DNA of 30,876 nt from an uncultured archaeon. GTDB taxonomy: Archaea > Asgardarchaeota > Lokiarchaeia > Sigyniarchaeales > SOKP01. Positions 29,383 to 30,876 of the stretch are shown in pieces. Each line of letters starts with the position of its first letter. Positions within the stretch are counted from its first letter, which is position 1. The stretch is taken from positions 1 to 30,876 of the forward strand of contig CAYLZE010000060.1 in NCBI GenBank assembly GCA_964388035.1. Reading direction: 5' to 3'. A program made the position numbers and the translations under genes. The notes under the pieces were generated by a model. It saw nothing but the letters and a program-made list of their open reading frames with translations, ran no database searches and was not told the DNA's origin.

Positions 29383-30450
29383 ATGAATTTGGGCTACAAT
29401 TCTCTCTCAAATTTATCCAAGATAAGAAAAAACGTGAGAAGAAAAAGGATTTCAAGCCACGATAGAACGGGCGCTAATAGTGATAATGTAATTGTTCCAC
29501 CAAATGAAAAACATGAAATCTGTAATATTTCGGGTGCGGGAAATATCAGACATGTATGGATGACTTTAGCTTCGGCGGATCCTTTTTATTTGAGAAAGAT
29601 TATCTTGCGCATGTGGTGGGACAATGAAGAACATCCCTCTGTTGAAGTCCCGATTGGGGATTTCTTTGGGGTGGGACATTCGAAAACCGTTAATTATTGG
29701 AGCTTGCCTCTTTCAATGGGACCCGAAGATGGAAAAGGATTTAATTGTTGGTTTCCCATGCCTTTCTCAAAAAATGCACGAATTGAAGTAGAAAATCAAA
29801 CCGAACTGCCTCATGTAAATTATTTTTATATCGATTATGAAGAATATGATGAGTTAGATCCTTCCCAGGGGAGATTTCACGCTTGTTGGAATAGACAAAA
29901 TCCGTGCGATGGTAATGACTATGCAAAAATTAGAAGAAGAAGTAAGATTGAACGATGGAATGCTAAAAATTTAAGCCATGAAGGAGATTATGTCATTCTT
30001 GAGGCTGAAGGAGAAGGGCATTACGTGGGTTGTCATTTAGACATTCATAACCTATTTGAAACTCGCGTGCATAATTGGCCGGGAGAAGGAGATGATTATA
30101 TCGAGATCGATGATAGAAAAATTGTACTCTACGGAACTGGAACCGAAGATTACTTCTGTGGGGCTTATTGTCCCACGCAATATTTTAGTTCCCCTTATTT
30201 TGGAATTCCATTATCCGGAGGGAAAAATTGGAGCGGTAAAATCTCTTATTATCGATATCACGTGGAAGATCCCATTTACTTTACTAAAAATATTAAGGTG
30301 AAGATTGAACATGGACATGCAAATCAAAGATCAGATGATTATTCATCAACGGCTTACTGGTACCAGATAGAACCCCATAAAATATTGAAACCTTTACCAA
30401 CTGTAGAATTAAGAATCCCTCGAATGAAACCGGAAGAACTTCCCAGATAG
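29383..30450 (+). CDS. Glycoside hydrolase family 172 (DUF2961)
   Basis: SSHDRTGAN, WDNEEHPSVEVPIGDFFG, FPMPF, GEGHYVG, WPGEGD, GTGTEDYF, IEHGHAN, AYWYQ. ATG 29383 preferred over GTG 29374. Confidence 0.92.
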   Translation: MNLGYNSLSNLSKIRKNVRRKRISSHDRTGANSDNVIVPPNEKHEICNISGAGNIRHVWMTLASADPFYLRKIILRMWWDNEEHPSVEVPIGDFFGVGHSKTVNYWSLPLSMGPEDGKGFNCWFPMPFSKNARIEVENQTELPHVNYFYIDYEEYDELDPSQGRFHACWNRQNPCDGNDYAKIRRRSKIERWNAKNLSHEGDYVILEAEGEGHYVGCHLDIHNLFETRVHNWPGEGDDYIEIDDRKIVLYGTGTEDYFCGAYCPTQYFSSPYFGIPLSGGKNWSGKISYYRYHVEDPIYFTKNIKVKIEHGHANQRSDDYSSTAYWYQIEPHKILKPLPTVELRIPRMKPEELPR

Positions 30451-30465
30451 TGGAAAATCAAAGCC

Positions 30466-30480
30466 TTTTTTTTGTTTTTT
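30466..30480 (+). terminator. Oligo-T archaeal-type terminator candidate
   Basis: TTTTTTTTGTTTTTT 15 nt after the GH172 stop. Confidence 0.4.
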
Positions 30481-30616
30481 CTTAGACCGAAATTAACTTG
30501 CATATATCGAATATTACTGAAACGGAGAATGAAAATAAAATTAAATTTATTCTAAATTTATTTTTAATTATTTTTCTAAAAACTAAATCAATCTTCAAAA
30601 AGGAGAGACAACGCGT

Positions 30617-30876
30617 TTATTCCAAATTCTTTAATCCGGAAAAATGATTATCTATAATAGTATCTACTTTTTGATCAATTTTTATGTTTGGAGCAGTTTG
30701 CTTGAGTTCATTTTTACTTTCTATGAAAATCTTAGTGGAGATTTCTTTTGCTAATTTAGAATTACGGTCTCCTTTCATGAAAAATACAAAATAAATCGCT
30801 TTTTTCTCACTTAAAAATTCCCGCGTCACAACATATATATGAGATTGGTCAGAATCCTCACCAAATGTAATGCTGG
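30617..30876 (-). CDS. Partial (5'-truncated) hypothetical protein, possibly longin/roadblock-like
   Basis: The frame stays open from the called GTG 30829 to the window edge: ...SITFGEDSDQSHIYVVTREFLSEKKAIYFVFFMKGDRNSKLAKEISTKIFIE... Confidence 0.7.
   Translation of the reverse strand, partial: SITFGEDSDQSHIYVVTREFLSEKKAIYFVFFMKGDRNSKLAKEISTKIFIESKNELKQTAPNIKIDQKVDTIIDNHFSGLKNLE

Noticed and set aside
536-30301. Short antisense or alternate-frame ORFs in the track (e.g. 536-808, 1323-1664, 6961-7257, 14080-14349, 19314-19601, 25937-26263, 30056-30301)
   Set aside because: They overlap better-supported genes and have no motifs; shadow ORFs.
23069-30609. Similar strings AATCAATC..AAAAAGGAGAG at about 23070 and 30586
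   Set aside because: Only two imperfect, low-complexity copies in different contexts; consistent with chance.
1-30876. CRISPR arrays, tRNA/rRNA, transposases, integrases, defence systems
   Set aside because: No regularly spaced repeats, GC-rich structured RNA segments or corresponding protein motifs were seen by eye.

Overview
AT-rich, gene-dense archaeal chromosomal segment. Gene style suggests an Asgard (Lokiarchaeia-like) genome: archaeal-type GlmU/GlmM, split purS-purQ-purL, a soluble PAS histidine kinase and several Lys/Ile/Asn-rich orphans. This assignment is inference. The window holds a 2-hydroxyacyl-CoA dehydratase/benzoyl-CoA-reductase-family subunit pair, a GH13 hydrolase, and an amino-sugar cluster (glmU, glmS, a divergent SIS-only glmS paralog, glmM) interrupted by a PAS kinase and a tandem nitroreductase-fold gene. 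It also holds an alpha/beta hydrolase, a MazG/DCTPP1-like pyrophosphatase, a purine cluster (purC, purS, purQ, purL, purF-like), a small CxxC/HxxH protein, an RCK-domain membrane protein, a CruF-like membrane protein with an uncalled coupled upstream mini-gene, a Gfo/Idh/MocA oxidoreductase and a GH172. A partial gene runs off the right edge. I saw no rRNA, tRNA, CRISPR array or mobile element. Best leads: (1) a PurF with eroded glutamine- and PRPP-binding motifs but intact Fe-S cysteines; (2) a 192-aa coiled-coil orphan with a CHMP1/ESCRT-III-like MNLEKI segment; (3) an MthK-like channel whose K+ selectivity filter is missing; (4) a two-domain SagB-like nitroreductase that probably starts at a non-canonical ATT/ATA codon. 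All family comparisons are from recalled consensus sequences, not database searches.
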